This document shows positions 23,285 to 36,803 of a stretch of DNA of 64,000 nucleotides, piece after piece (position 1 is the stretch's first letter; the number at the start of each line of letters is the position of its first letter). A program made the position numbers and the translations under genes. The DNA comes from Cetorhinus maximus (taxonomy: Eukaryota), in assembly GCF_964194155.1 (NCBI RefSeq), contig NC_135887.1:3658001-3722000 (forward strand), written 5' to 3'. Under the pieces are notes generated by a model, which saw nothing but the letters and a program-made list of their open reading frames with translations, did no database searches and was not told the DNA's origin.

Positions 23285-26208
23285 TGTTGAGCTCTGGGTT
23301 TTGGAGCTTGAGCAGCAGCTGGGGGCACTACGGTGCATTCACGAGGCTGAAAGGTTTGTGGATAGCACGTTCCAGGACGTGGTCACCCCGCAGCTTAAGG
23401 AGGTGTAAGCAGAGAGGGAATGGGTGACCACCAGACAGAGGATGGGGACCAGGCAGGTAGTGAGGGAATCCCCCGAGTGCAAACTGTTTATCAGCCTGTG
23501 AAAATGGTGAGAGTGACGGTTCCTCTGTGGAAGCCAATCAGAGCCAAGGCCATGGCACTGTGGGTGGTCCAGCTGTTCAGGGGGGAGGAAGAAGTGTGGA
23601 AGGGCAATAGTGGTAGGGGATTCATTAGTGAGGGGAGTAGACAGGCGCTTCTGTGGCCGTAGACGTGACTCCAGGATGGTATGTTGCCTCCCGGGTGCCA
23701 GGGTCAAGGATGTTATGGAACGGCTGCAGGGCATTCTGAAGGGGGGGATGCTGGGGTGAACAGCCAGAGATCGTGGTCCATGTTGGAACCAATGACATGG
23801 GAAGAAAGAGAAATGAGGTCCTGCAAGCAGACTTCAAAGGTAGTAATCTCCGGGTAACTCCCAGTGCCACACAGTAGTGAGTATAGGAACAGAAGGATAG
23901 AGCAGATGAATGCGTGGCTGGAGATTTGGCGCAGGAGGGAGGGCTTTAGATTCCTGGGGCACTGGGATGGCTTCTGGGGGAGGTGGGATGTGTACAAGTT
24001 GGACGGGTTACATTTGAACAGGAGCGGGACCAACATCCTCATGGGGAGGTTTGCTAATGCTGTTGGGGAGGATTTAAACTAAATCGGCAGGAGGATGGGG
24101 GTAGTTCAGAGGGGAGAGAAGCTGAGATAGAATTAGAAGCTAAAACGCTAGTGAGTGAGTCTGGAAGGCAGAGGAAACATAGGCTCGATAAGAAAGAAAT
24201 GAGTTTAGCAAGGCTAAATGGAATATATTTTAATGCAAGAAGCCTGAGGAATAAGACAGTTGGGAACAGGTAGGCACGTGTGAGTGTGATATCATAGCTA
24301 TAACCAAGACTTGGCTAAAAGGGCAGAATTGGCAGCTCAACCTCCTGGTTATAGGGTATTCAGATGAGATAGAGAGGTGGATAAAAGAAGAGGGGGGATC
24401 GCAATATTGATCAAGGAATCAATTATAGCAGTGAGGAGGGATGATACCTTGGAAGGTACATCAAATGAGGCCATATGATTAGAAGTAAAAACACAAAAGG
24501 GGTGAACATGATGTTGGGTGTGTGCTATAGGCCCCCAGAAAGTCAGAGAGAGTTAGAGGATCAAATATGTAATCAAATTTCAGAGAAGTGTAAGAATAAT
24601 AAGGCAATAATAGTCGGGGATTTTAACTACCCAAATATTAACTGGGATAATTTTAGTGTGCAAGGTAGGGAGGAAGCAAAATTCTTAAGTTATATCCAGG
24701 AGAACTTTTTTAGCTAGTACGTAGAAAGCCCAATAAGGGAGGGGGCAGTTCTAGACCTAATATTCAGAAATGAGCCTGGGCAGGTGGAAGGCTTATCAGT
24801 AGGGGAGCATTTTGGAGATAGTGACCAAAACTCAGTTAGATTTAGGATAGTTATGGAAAAGGCTAAGGTTGGGCCAGAAATAAAAATTCTAAACTGGGGA
24901 AAGCTAATTTTACTAAAATGAGATATGATTTGGCCCAAGTGGACTAAGAGTAGCTACTTGCAGGTAAAACTGTGTCAGAGCAGTGGGAGGCATTCAGGAG
25001 GTAAGAGCGAGAGTATAGGGCAAATATGTTCCCATGAAGACAAAGGGAGGGACCAAGTCTAGAGAAAAGGGAGGGACCAAGTCTAGAGAACCCTGGATGT
25101 CAAGGGACATGAAAGTTAGGATTAAGAAAAAAAGAGAAGCTTATGGCAGATTCCGAGAGCTCAATACGGCAGAGTCTCTAGAGAAGTATAAAAAGTGCAG
25201 AGGGGAATTTAAAAAGGAAATTAGGAAAGCTAAGAGAGTGCATGAGAAAGCGTTGGTAGGTATAATAAAGGAAAACCCAAAGGGTTTTTTTAAATATATG
25301 AAGAGCAAGAGAATAACTAGGGAAAGAGTAGGGCTAATTAGAGATCATAGAGCTAATCTGTGTGTGAACCCGGAAGACGTAGGTACAGACCTCAATGAAT
25401 ACTTTGCGTTGGTCTTCACAATAGAAAAGGATGACGCAGGTATAGACATCAGGGTGGAGGACTGTGAGATATTGGATGAAATTAACACAGAGAGAGAGGT
25501 GGTACTAGAGGGTTTATTGGCCTTAAAAGTGGATAAATCCACAGGCCTGGATGAGATGTTTCCCAGGCTGTTAAGAGAAGCAAGGGAAGAGATATCAGGG
25601 GCCCTGGCAGTAATCTCCAAATCCCCTCTGGCCACAGGTGAGGTGCCAGAGGGCTGGATGATTGCTAACATTGTCCCATTATTCAAAAAGGGAGGAAGGG
25701 ATAAACGTGGAAATTACAGGTCAGTCAGTCTAACCTCAGTGATGGGGAAGTTACTAGAAAGAATTCTGAGGGACAGGACATACCTGCATTTGGAGAGACA
25801 TGGATTGATCAGGGATAGTCAGCATGGATTTGTTAAGTGAAGGTTATGTTTGACAAATTTGATCGAATTTTTTGAGGAGGTAACCAGGAGTGTTGATAAA
25901 GGTGATGCACTTGATGTGGTCTATATGGACTTTAGCGAGGCTTTTGATAAGGTCCCTCATGGCAAACTGGTCAAGAAAGTAAGAGCCTATGGAATCCAGG
26001 GCAAAGTAGCACGTTGGATCCAAAATTGGCTGAGAAGCAGGAAGCAGAGGGTGATGGTAGAGGGTTGTTTCTGTGGAAGTCTGTTTCCAGTGGGGTTCCG
26101 CAGGGCTCAGTGCTGGGCCCTTGCTGTTTGTGGTGTACTCAGATCATTTGGACTTAAATGTAGGGGGTATGACCAAGAAGTTCGCAGATGACACGAAAAT
26201 TGGCGGGG
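23285..26208 (+). mobile_element. Long CR1 LINE copy: SGNH-esterase ORF1 and EN-RT ORF2, frameshifted, 3'-truncated
   Basis: VVGDSLVRG..CCLPGARV, VVHVGTND, DGLHLN (esterase); GVCYRPP, VGDFNYPNI, SDQN (EN); NYRSVSLTS, QHGF, YMDFSEAFDKVPH, KFADDTKI (RT). Confidence 0.92.
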
Positions 26209-27010
26209 TCAGGAATCACGTTCAACTTCCCCAAGGCCCTTCTCACCATTCCATCCCATACCAGCTCACCTATTGCAAAACCCCAGACCTCCACTGAATC
26301 TCTCTCTTTCCCTTAGCATCCCCAACATCCTGCACCCCCCTCTAGACCTGCACACCCACCCCACCTCTTCATTCCTCTCCTCCCCAACTTTTGCATGGCC
26401 CCTGCCCCTGGAACCCCACCCCCCACAACAGACCCTCACTGCCCAATAGTACCTCCTTCAGCCTTCCACTTGCAGCCTCAAGATCTGAACCCTGGGAGAA
26501 GTTGCTACTGGAAGATCTGATCCCTGGGAGAAGTTACTGCTCCGAGAGCAATAGCCACCTGGTTGCTGCTGCACAGAGAAGACCCTCGTGGTTGATGCTG
26601 CACCCACCCAGTGTTGCACGTGGTGTTCCAGGGTCCGGTCATTGGAGATCCATCTTGTCCTCATCTCCGCAAGCTGCCCAAGGCCTTCGTAAGGTTAGTG
26701 CTGACTTTTACACACCACGTTGGCCCATGGTGTGATCTGGACTGGTGTGATTCCCCACTGGCGACGCAGATGATCAGGCGTGGAGCCGGGTGGGGTGAGA
26801 TTCTACTCGGGCCTTCATGTGCATCCCATTAGCAGGATGCAAATCAGGTTCTGGTGGGAATTGCGACCCGCCATGGCAGGCGGGAGCAGAAGATCCCGGC
26901 GTCATTTTACGCTGGCATGAAACCGATTTTTGAAGCTCCCACCACATTGTCCCCCCAACCCCCCCAGCTGCCATTAAACCTGCCGCAGGGGGGCACAAGA
27001 AAATTCCGCC
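26209..27010. mobile_element. Partial Harbinger-type non-autonomous element (right end only)
   Basis: Ends AAAATTCCGCC with family-like subterminal sequence; left end lost at the CR1 junction. Confidence 0.55.
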
Positions 27011-27899
27011 TGAAGTGTATAGATCGAGATGCAAATCGTGGATATCAGAACCTTCTCACAGTGCGATTGGACCGCTAAAGTGTTATCACTAGATCCTTTA
27101 AGACTGCACCTTAGAACCTTGTCTGTGTTAAGCTTTGCCAGGTTATATCTCAATATCTTAATTAGTACGTTATAATTGTGTTTTCCTATTTTAACATCTT
27201 GACTACTTATATTGTAACTTCTTAATAAAGCTTTTATACATTTGAACAAAAGACCCTCTGGTCATTTTGTGCAAGGGACCAAACACGACATAAATTAATC
27301 ACAGTTTGAACTATCACAATAAGCATCGTGGTTTTATAGATCTTGTATTTTTCACATGTAAATACAAACATTGTAAATCAGGCAAATAAATATCAGAAGT
27401 GTCAATTTTATGGCCATTTGGCAGAAGTTGGGAAATAGTAAATTCTGAATTAAATAAACGTTAGATACTGTATATGATTTGCTTTAAAATAAAACACAGA
27501 GCGCCCCTTCAACTAAGCAATAGCTTCAAGATCGAAACTTAAGCCAATAGACGTGAAAATCGGTGTGTACAAAAGACATGCTAAAATGCTTTAAACGATA
27601 TTCTGAAACAGCCAAGGAGGATGATAGGGTTTGAGTACAAATACAAAATAAGGCTTAGCAAGGCATGAGTCAAGCAAAAATAAATGAAAATGTGAAAAAT
27701 AAATTGCTTTGGGTAGAAAAGGGAGCATTAATTAATGTTTTGGTTACATTATACCAGGCAGAACATTAAAGAAGAAAGAAGGCCACGAAAGGGTAAGACG
27801 GCTGTTTAGGTATTAGATCAGGGGATGGTGAAGTTTCTGAATAATTCCTTCTCATCTATATTCATAAGAGAAATACGCATGGCATTATGCCAGAACCAG

Positions 27900-28330
27900 T
27901 AACCAATGTCTTGAGGGCATCAATATAGTATTAAAAAAACTGATAAGCAAGAAAGTGGTTATTAGGCGACATGGGATTTGAAATGGATAAAGTTCCTGAT
28001 AGCGTAAAAGAAAGTTTATTAAAAAACGCAGGGAAGGAATTATATGAAACATTTGCAGAATGTTCCTCCATTTCATTGGAAGAGCAAGTGTAATAGGAAA
28101 TAGAAAATGTTCCCCTTTTTTTAGAGTTGGTGAAGATGATACAGAAGCTGAACATCAGTTAGAGAAAAAAATTACAGTTGTGAATGAAACAATGCAGGAG
28201 CGCTCAGATAAACCAGATTTGATAAGCACAAGGTGGCGAGGTTTCAGTAAACTGTGGCTTTGTTTTAAACATCTATTGAAGTTATTCAAGGATATCACTG
28301 ATTTTCTTGTCATTGACAACGTTAACATAT
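27900..28330 (+). mobile_element. Highly degenerate CR1 ORF2 fragment
   Basis: Weak match to the LKVDK..LLK..EEI..NVVPLF region of 25034-25840. Confidence 0.35.
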
Positions 28331-28959
28331 TATCCAATGGAGGACAATAAGTGTGACTAGCTAATTTAATTTTTAGCCTTTTTTCTGGAGCCACTATTTC
28401 TGGCCTTTGAGCCAAGAAAAATTATTCAGTAATTCATGGGCCAAGTTCTCACCATGTCATAAATGCGTTTTATTGACACAGCTTATTAAAGCTGGTAAAT
28501 GCAAGAATTAGCTGTGCTTCAAAGCATTGCTCTTTGTAATGAGTACCTAGTTTAGCAATGCCAAATATTGTTGGGTCCTAGATACAGATAAAACAAATAG
28601 CACCTGCACTCTGATTTAGAATGAGCCTTCCGATCAGAGTGTCCATCACTGTGGTAACATTGAGGATGACTGATAGAGCCAGTCCAAGGGAGCACAGGTA
28701 TTTCAGAGTTGAGGCCATTGGGTAGGAAAAGTCCTCCTGATGAAAAAGTTGCTTTGAGTTTATCAGAAACCTATATCTCCCTGTATGAATTCAAGTGCTT
28801 CTAAAAGAGTTACTACAGCCGCTTCTGTCTGAGGCTGTTGCACAGAAATCAATATTGTGCTCAACATTTAGAGATTAAAACACACCTCCTGCCTTTTCCT
28901 TTCAACGATACGTATTCAAACGCAGTGATGAACATTTAAGATTGAGAAAACCTTGGTGT

Positions 28960-29232
28960 CAGGATAGCCTGATGGCGCAGTAATTGGCAAAACTGGATTT
29001 GTCCGGCTTTTTGTGGACAGGGCACACCCGGCAATCCTCCACATTGTCGAGTAGTTGCCAGTGTTGTAGCTGTGCTGGAAAAGCTTGGCCAGAGGCTCAG
29101 CTGGTGCACAAGTCCTCAAAACTACAGCTGGAATGTTGCCAGGCCCATAGCGTTTGCAGTATCTAGTGCACTCAATCGTTTCTTAATGTCACATGGAGTG
29201 CATCAAATTAGCTGAAGATTGGCTTCTGTGAC
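28960..29232 (-). mobile_element. LINE (CR1/L2 group) RT fragment
   Basis: PLAKLFQHSYNTG..MWRIA motif on the minus strand. Confidence 0.7.
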
Positions 29233-30062
29233 TTTTTCTGGCAATGTTATGAAGGTTTGGCTGAACATAGCTCAAGATATCAATGTTTGCACACGTACAG
29301 ATAACCATGGATGAAAGCCTAAGAACTATAGAGTCAATTTAAAATTAAACTCTCTCCTTAGACCAAATCTTGATAGACAGACTATTCCTATTCAGTGGCA
29401 TGAAACTTATGCCATTTCACATATAAACGTCATATTAGACAAATCACATTTTAAATTATTGTTCTTGTCCAGTTTCATTTAAGATAATCCCATTCTACAA
29501 TGGTTTAAATGCAATGGCGAAGATTTTAATTTTGTGGTGTAAACTGGGGTTCATGCAGATGCCAGAGGAAAATCCTGGGCTGTTTGGTGCTGGACAATCT
29601 ATTTTTTGGCAGCATGTTTTAGGGTCTAGTACTCCAGGTGAACTTTCTAATGCACATTTGGATAGACTTTCAACATACTTTTGCACCACTGATTTCTTGC
29701 TGGCATGCCAGTAAGCAATGACTACAGATGATCCTTGATGTTAAAGCAACTATACTCCCCTGAGCAATCAGCTCCGAGAATAGCTTTCTTTATATCAGAA
29801 TTGAAAGCAGTGCAAAATCTTTCTATATTTCCAGCTGTAACAGCGTTAGAAGTGGGTTCAAGGTTTAATTTTTAACCTTAAAATATGGAAGTTGTAGAGC
29901 TCAATCATTGCCATTTTAATTCTAAAATAGAATTATTGGCAATACCCCTAGAAAGCAGCAAATGTTCTCCCTGTTAGCATGGTACAGCTATCAAATGTGC
30001 ACCCCTGTATCCTTCAGTACATATTGCAATGGGGCTAAGACCTCTTCCTCTATTTTGTTATA

Positions 30063-30451
30063 GGGTAGAGTGTTCGGGTTGGCAGGTGGCCACAATCGGC
30101 AGGCTCGGGAGAAGCCGGGGAACAGACCAGTGACCGCGATCGGCCCCCCGACTGCGATTTCATGCTGGCTGGCCAATTAATGGGCAGCCAGCGTGAAAGG
30201 CGCGCTGAGGATCTGCCGGGGTGGGGGTGGGAGGAGGGCGAGCGCTGAAGTGAGGGTGGGCGCGGGGGAGCGCAGAATGAAAGCTTCCTGAAGGCAGAGA
30301 GCTGCCTCAGGGAGCTGACGAAATTAGAATTAATAACAGAACGTAAAATCCGGAAACAATGTCCACGCGTCAGAATGAGACATCTTAACACATGGATGGT
30401 GAAAATTCTTTCAAAACATTTTAATCTTCTTAAAATTAATCATGGAAACCT
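30063..30451. mobile_element. Truncated Harbinger MITE (left part)
   Basis: Starts GGGTAGAGTGTT; family motifs; breaks inside the central GGAAACCT hairpin. Confidence 0.7.
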
Positions 30452-30454
30452 ACG

Positions 30455-31540
30455 CTATTTCAAGCTCGAGGGTGACAGGCATGCACCTGCATGCCAAGAG
30501 GAACATTCTACCCATTATATATACATATATCCTCATGGCTACTTCCTAACATTTTAAAACTGGACAATGACCTTTTAAAATGACTGAAGCCATGTCTGGC
30601 TGTGACCCTTGAACAACGAGAGCCTCTTGGCAATATCAGAGGAATTTGCAATTTGTTATCTCTGAAGAGACCCTAACGACCCTGTGGGTTGCAGAGACCA
30701 AATTCAAAGGGAACTATACAAAGATCATCTGCATTTCAGAACACAGGCTGGTCAACCGGAGACTACTAGTCTGCTAGGACACAGTCCTGCAACCTTCATT
30801 TCAAATCCTTAATGGTTAGAACATTAACAACCTCAAGAACCCAGACAAAGGGATATACCCCCTTTGTCAAAGCCAATGTGGGGAGATGGGAGTCATGTGA
30901 CATGACCCCCTTTAGCTGATGGAACCTGTAATGTCTCCTCGTGGAGCTGCAAAGCAGTCTGTCATCTTTCCATCTACAAGACAGCAGCACAGGTAATGGG
31001 CGCCATCCAGGTGTGAATGGCTGGCCCCATCTACACTGTTTTTGCTAGAACTTCTGAACCTCCAAACCATCGCCTACAAGACTAATTCAGCTCTGAATGC
31101 CTATCTCATCGTGGAAGCCAACTCCACTGGGAAAGCCAATTATTCAGCATCAGTTCAGCCTGCCGAGCTCTGTGAAGGAGTACACCACTGGACTTGGATT
31201 CTGGACTCTGGACTCAAATGAAAAAATAATTCTTTTCTCTGTGGCCTTTGCCCTGTAAATCTTTCTTTTTCTATCCCTCCTTTATTGTGTGAGTGCACAG
31301 GAGCTGCGTAGTGACCCTCCCCCACCCCCCATTTCAGTGTGTATAAATAAGCTAATCCCTCTGAGTTCATCCTATCTCGAGTTTGCTATGGGGTTAATAG
31401 AAATTGGATCACACCAAAACCAAGGATTTGGAAATGTGCTTATAAGAGGGGAAACAAATCAAAGAGACCGTTCTCTTTATGTACTGGTAGCGAAGGGGTG
31501 ATCAGGACTATTTAAATCAAACCCCCTCCCGACCATAACG
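30455..31540 (+). mobile_element. Putative solo LTR
   Basis: Ends CCCTCCCGACCATAAC(G), like the other LTR ends; a partial second copy lies at 32354-32494; 5' terminus not resolved. Confidence 0.4.
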
Positions 31541-31749
31541 GTATGGTGTAAAATTTGCCACTATCAATGGACAGTTAAAGGACCTAAAGGGGATTAAACT
31601 AGTGGAAGTATGGTAATGCTTGATGTTAAAAATATCTCTCAAAATATGCCAGATTCAATTCTGAATTCTGAAGTTCAGTGTAACCAAAGACTACTTGATG
31701 TTTTTGCTTAACTCTTTTGAGATGTGAATGATTGCAAGTCTGCAGACTG

Positions 31750-32292
31750 AGGAAGCAAATGGAATATTGTGTGCAGTTTTGGTCTCCTTGCCTCAGAAAG
31801 GGTATACTTGCCATAGAGGGAGTGCAGCGAAGGTTCACCAGACTGATTCCTGGGATGGCACGATTGTCAAATGTAAAGAGATTGGGTCAACCAGGCATGT
31901 GTTCACTGGAGTTTAAAAGAATGAGAGGTGATCTCATTCAAACATGTAAAATTCGGACTGGACAGATTGGATGCAGGGATGATGTTTACCCTGGTTGGGG
32001 GGGGTCTAGAACAAGGGGTCACAGTCTGAGGATACGGAGTTGGCCATTCAAGGCTGAAGTAAGAAATTTCTTCACTCAGAGGGTGGTGAACCTGTGGAAT
32101 TCTCTACCACATAGGGCTATGGAGGCCAAGTCATTGAATATATTTAAGAAGGAAATAGATAGATTTCTAGATACTAAAGGCAGAGAATGTGAGTATGGTG
32201 TTGAGATTGAGGAGCAGCCATGATCATATTGAATGGCGGAGCAGGCTTGAAGGGCCGAATGACCTACTCCTGCTCCTATTTTCTATCTTTCT
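31750..32292 (+). mobile_element. CR1 LINE 3' fragment
   Basis: EYCVQFWSP..IEGVQRRFTRLIPG..FFTQRVVNLWNSLP plus 3' tail. Confidence 0.9.
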
Positions 32293-32497
32293 AACTAGAT
32301 GTGATTTTGATTTCCTTACAGCTCCTTTATTTGCAGACACTCAAACGCGGGGTGAGAGTCGCTATGCAGCCCCTGTGCACTCACACAATAAAAGAGGGAT
32401 AGAAAAAGAAAGATTTACAGGGCAAAGACCACGGAGAAAATAATTATTTTTTCATTTGAGTCCAGAATCAAAGTCCAATGGTGTACTCCTTCACGTT

Positions 32498-35410
32498 TCC
32501 CTATACTATACTCAATCTGCCATTTTGTTGCCCCCTCAACTAACATCTCTAATTTCACTTTGCAGCCTCTCTGTGTCCTCCCTACAGCTTACCTTTCCAT
32601 CTAGTTTGGTATCATCAACAAACCTAGATACCTTACTCTGTCTTTTCGACTAAGTTATTAATATAGATTGTAAAAACCTGAGGCCCCAGCACTGACCCAC
32701 TATTCACTGCCCGCCAACTTGTAAAAACCCTTTTTATGCCCACTCTCTGTTTAATATGCTAATATAATGCTAATATATTACCCACAAATACATGAGCCCT
32801 TATTTTGTCTATCAACCTTTTGTGCAGCATCTTACTGAATGCCTTTTGGAAACCCAGGTAGACCACATCTACTGGTTTCCCTTTATCGACCACACTAGTT
32901 ACATCCTCAAAACTCTAATAAATTTGTCAAACAGGATTTCACTGTAGTAAAACTATGTTGACTTGTTCTAATCATACCATGCTTTTCTAGGTGCATGTTA
33001 ATACTTCCTTAATAATAGATTTCAGCATTTTCCCAACAACTGATGTTAGGCTAACTGGCCTATAGTTCACTCCTTTCTCTCTCCTTCCTTTCTTGGAAAT
33101 TGATGTAACATTTGCCAACTTCCAATCTAGTGGGGCCATTTCTGAATCTAAGGGATTTTGAAAAATCATGACTAGCACATCCACTATCTTTGCCGCTATC
33201 TCTTTTAGAACTCCAGGGGGTAGGGGGGATTTGTCAGATTTTAGTCCCGTAAGTTTCTCTAGATAAATGCTTTATCTCTAGAGATATTAATTTCCATAAT
33301 TTCCTCACTTAGCCCCTTGTTTATTGCCTATTTCTGGTATGAAACTTGTGTCTTCTACTATGAAGACAGACACAAAATATTTGTTCAATGCCTCCGGTCT
33401 CTGCTTCCAAGGGACCAACATTTCCTTTAGGTACTTTCTTCCTTTTTATATACTTGTTAAGGCTCTTACAATTTGTTTCTGTGTTTCTGAATAGTGTACT
33501 CTCATATTCTATTTTTTCCATTTTTATCTACTTTTTGGTGGTTCTTTGCTCATCACTAAAGAACTCCCAATTCTCAGACTTGCTACTGTTTATTTTTTGC
33601 AACATTGTAAACCTTGTCTTTTAATCTAATAATATCTTTAACTTCCTGAGTGGGCCACGGACGGGTCCCTCTTGCTGAGTTTTTGTTCTTCAATGGAATG
33701 TATTCTTGTTGAACATTTTGAATTGTTTCTTTCAGTGTTTACCACTGTTCATTTACCTCCATTTTAGCCTATTTACCCAATTATCCTTAGCCAGTTCGCC
33801 GTTCATAACTACTATATAATTGGCTTTGTTAAAGTTTAAGATTTTTGTTTGCGATTGGAATATGAGACTTTCAAAGTCAAGTTTAGCATGGAATTGAATG
33901 GTATTATGATCATTATTTCCCAGTGGATCTTTTACTAGGACGTTACTAATTAACCCTGCTTCATTACACAATACTAGATCTAAGATAGCTTTATCCCTCA
34001 TCGGTTCCACTATGTACTGCTCCAAGGAACTGCCATGAAAACATTCTACAAACTCAGTTCCAGACCATTCTTGCCAATTTAATTGTCCCAGCCCTTATGA
34101 AGATTAAAGTCCCCCACAATTATTACATTTCCTTTATTACAGAATCCAATAATTTCTTGTTTCATGCTCTGCCCAACGGTATAACTACTGTTAGGGGGGC
34201 CTATAAACTACTCCTATCAGTGGTTTCCTAATCTTGCAATTCCTAATCTCCACCCTTACTGATTCTACTTCATGATCTTCAGAGGCCAACCTCGCTAATG
34301 TCATTCTCTACTAGAAAGGCTGCGCCACCTCCTTTGCCACTCTGTCTGACTTTCCAAAACATTGGGCAGCATTTTCCGGTGGGCGAGTAGGGGTGGGGCC
34401 CGCTCGCCGACATGTAAAATGATGCAGGGTAACACCGGGTATGCATCCCGACGTCACCCCGCGTCATTTAGATTTTCAGTTTGGCGGGCGCATAGCCAAG
34501 TCAACTGCGCGCCCGCCGACCTGTCAATGGCCTATTACGGCCATTAAAAAAGTAATTAAAATGATTAATGGATCTGCCCGTCCAACCTTAAGGTTGGCGG
34601 ACAGGCGAAAAGCCCAGGCGGCCTTCCGAAAAAGCATGAAACCTCATCCACGGGCGGGATGAGGTTTCAAGAGGAATTTTAAATATTTGGAAAAATTTTA
34701 AATAAAATTAATGGACATGTCCCAGCTCATGTGAAAGTGTCACATGAGGGGACATGTCAGGAACATTTTTTCTTACCTTGAATAAATTTTTATAAGTTCA
34801 ACCGATCTCCCTGAAGCAGCGCTTTGCCTCAGGGAGATCGGTGCGCTGTGCCACGCACATGCACGAAAGCGCGCACAGACCTGCTCAGGGAATCCCCCCC
34901 CCCGCCCGCCCACACAGGGAGCCCTCAGCACTTCCGGGCGGACATCACGCTGGGCAGACTTTAATTGGCCCGCCCACATAAAATGGCGGCGCACCTCCAA
35001 CCGGGGCCGCCGATCGGGAACCCGCCCGCTCGTGCCCACTCCTGCACACCCCCAGAATTGGGGGAAAGTGCTGACCATTCTGTACCCTGGAATGTTTATT
35101 TCCCAACCTTGATCACCTTGTAACCATGTTTCTGTAATGGGGATTAGATCCAAATCATTTACCTCTGTTTGTGCCACTAAATTCATCTATCTTATTGGAA
35201 GTGCTTTGTGCATTCAGATAATGAGCCTGTAACTTCATTATGTTTTACTTCTATTCCCTGCAATGACCTTATTCACTGTTGTATATTTGTTAAACTCTCT
35301 GTCACTTCCTGTCCCCCCTCTGCTTGTCTTTATCCATATACTGTTCCGATATCCCGGCCTTTCCCTTTGGATTTATAAGCCTCCCTTCACCCTTAAACGC
35401 TTAGTTTAAT
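32498..35410 (-). mobile_element. CR1 LINE ORF2 (EN-RT) fragment
   Basis: Minus-strand ITETWL..NIPGY, LDLVLCN..NDHN, WKLANVT..NYRPVSLTSVVGK. Confidence 0.88.
34364..35076. mobile_element. Non-autonomous Harbinger element inserted in a CR1 endonuclease region
   Basis: TIRs GGGCAGCATTTTCC / GGAAAGTGCTGACC; TSD ATT. Confidence 0.9.
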
Positions 35411-36803
35411 AACCATAAAATAAAAAGGTGATTATTGCAGTTAGGGAGCAGGCACTAATTTAGGGCCTGGGCTGATTTAAGTCCTGGCTTCTTTTCCGCC
35501 TTGCTGGTGAGCTGCTGACCTGAAATGGGTAGAAAGTAGCAGGTGGCTGGCTACAGATACAAGGCCAGGTGTCAGCGAGAGGGCTTCAGCAGGGTTTCGG
35601 CGCATGGGTGGAAAGGTGGTGGGGGGGGTGGGGGCAGCTCAGAGGTAAAGAGGTCAAGATGACTCCTTTTGGCCCAACCAAAGGACGTCCAACAGTTACA
35701 TTTTGTGGCCTCTTCAGTCTTCAGAGATGCTTTCATTGAACGGGGGACCTGCGCAGTTAAAAGGCCACCAGAATCCGATTAATGTAATAAGGCCACTACA
35801 CTACGTGTATCAATGTGTGAGACTCCTGCCTGATTTAGGCAGTCTAATTGCCGCTGTGTGGGAATGGAGTGAGTAATTGACCTGGCTCCACTGTGCAGTG
35901 CATGTGTGATCACCAGCCGGGCACGTCAGTGTCAGTTTTTTTTTGGCAGCTACCCTGATGCCTTTATACTGCGTTAGCGGAAGATACAGGCTTATGAAGT
36001 GAGAACAAGCTAGTGGGAAGAGCTGTCCCTGCACAGAATGTTAATGACTGGCTGTTTGCAGACAAGGTCTATTCCCTACACATTTGCCTGATGACACAGG
36101 GAGAAAAAACAGCAACTGCAGCTCCAAGAGAAGTAGTTATAAGGGCAGCAGCGGTTTTTGAAGGTCAGTGCAGCTAGGAAGGAGGCTCAGTGAAGTGTTC
36201 CATGTTTATGTATAGACAGCTATGGCAAGCAGGGAAGTGAAGGATTCACAGTACTGGGTTAATGCTAGGGTCTTGCAGGTTTCTGTGATAAGTGTGAAAG
36301 CTGTTAAGGGGAGTCTTACACTGTCAGTGCACTGCAACCAGGTCCTGGGGAAAATACATGGTGTATTAACATTCTTGACATGCCCGCTAACTAATTTGAC
36401 TTGACACTCATCATCCAAGGGAAAGGTGATCCCCTTTCGAATCCAATTCTGCTCCACCAGCACCTCTATTGTTTCTGAAACCCTGACCATACTGCTGGAG
36501 CTCTGCTTTAGCTCGACAGTTAGTTACTTCTCTGCTTTAAACATAAAAATGTACCTTCTTGTAAGTTGCTGTTGTCTCTGAAGAACCTGCAGCAATACTG
36601 AATTTCCCACTATGCCTTAGGCAGCTCACCAAATAAGAACACATGTCATACCACCAGATCCCCATAACCATGGAAATTAGGGGTCACGGAATTGGGACAA
36701 ACTGCCACTAACTTTTGTGGGTGGTTATTGCTCTTATCCCACCAGTTCCTTGCTCGGAGAGTGATCCAAACCCAACCCCACTGCTCTCTCATCAAAACAC
36801 TAC

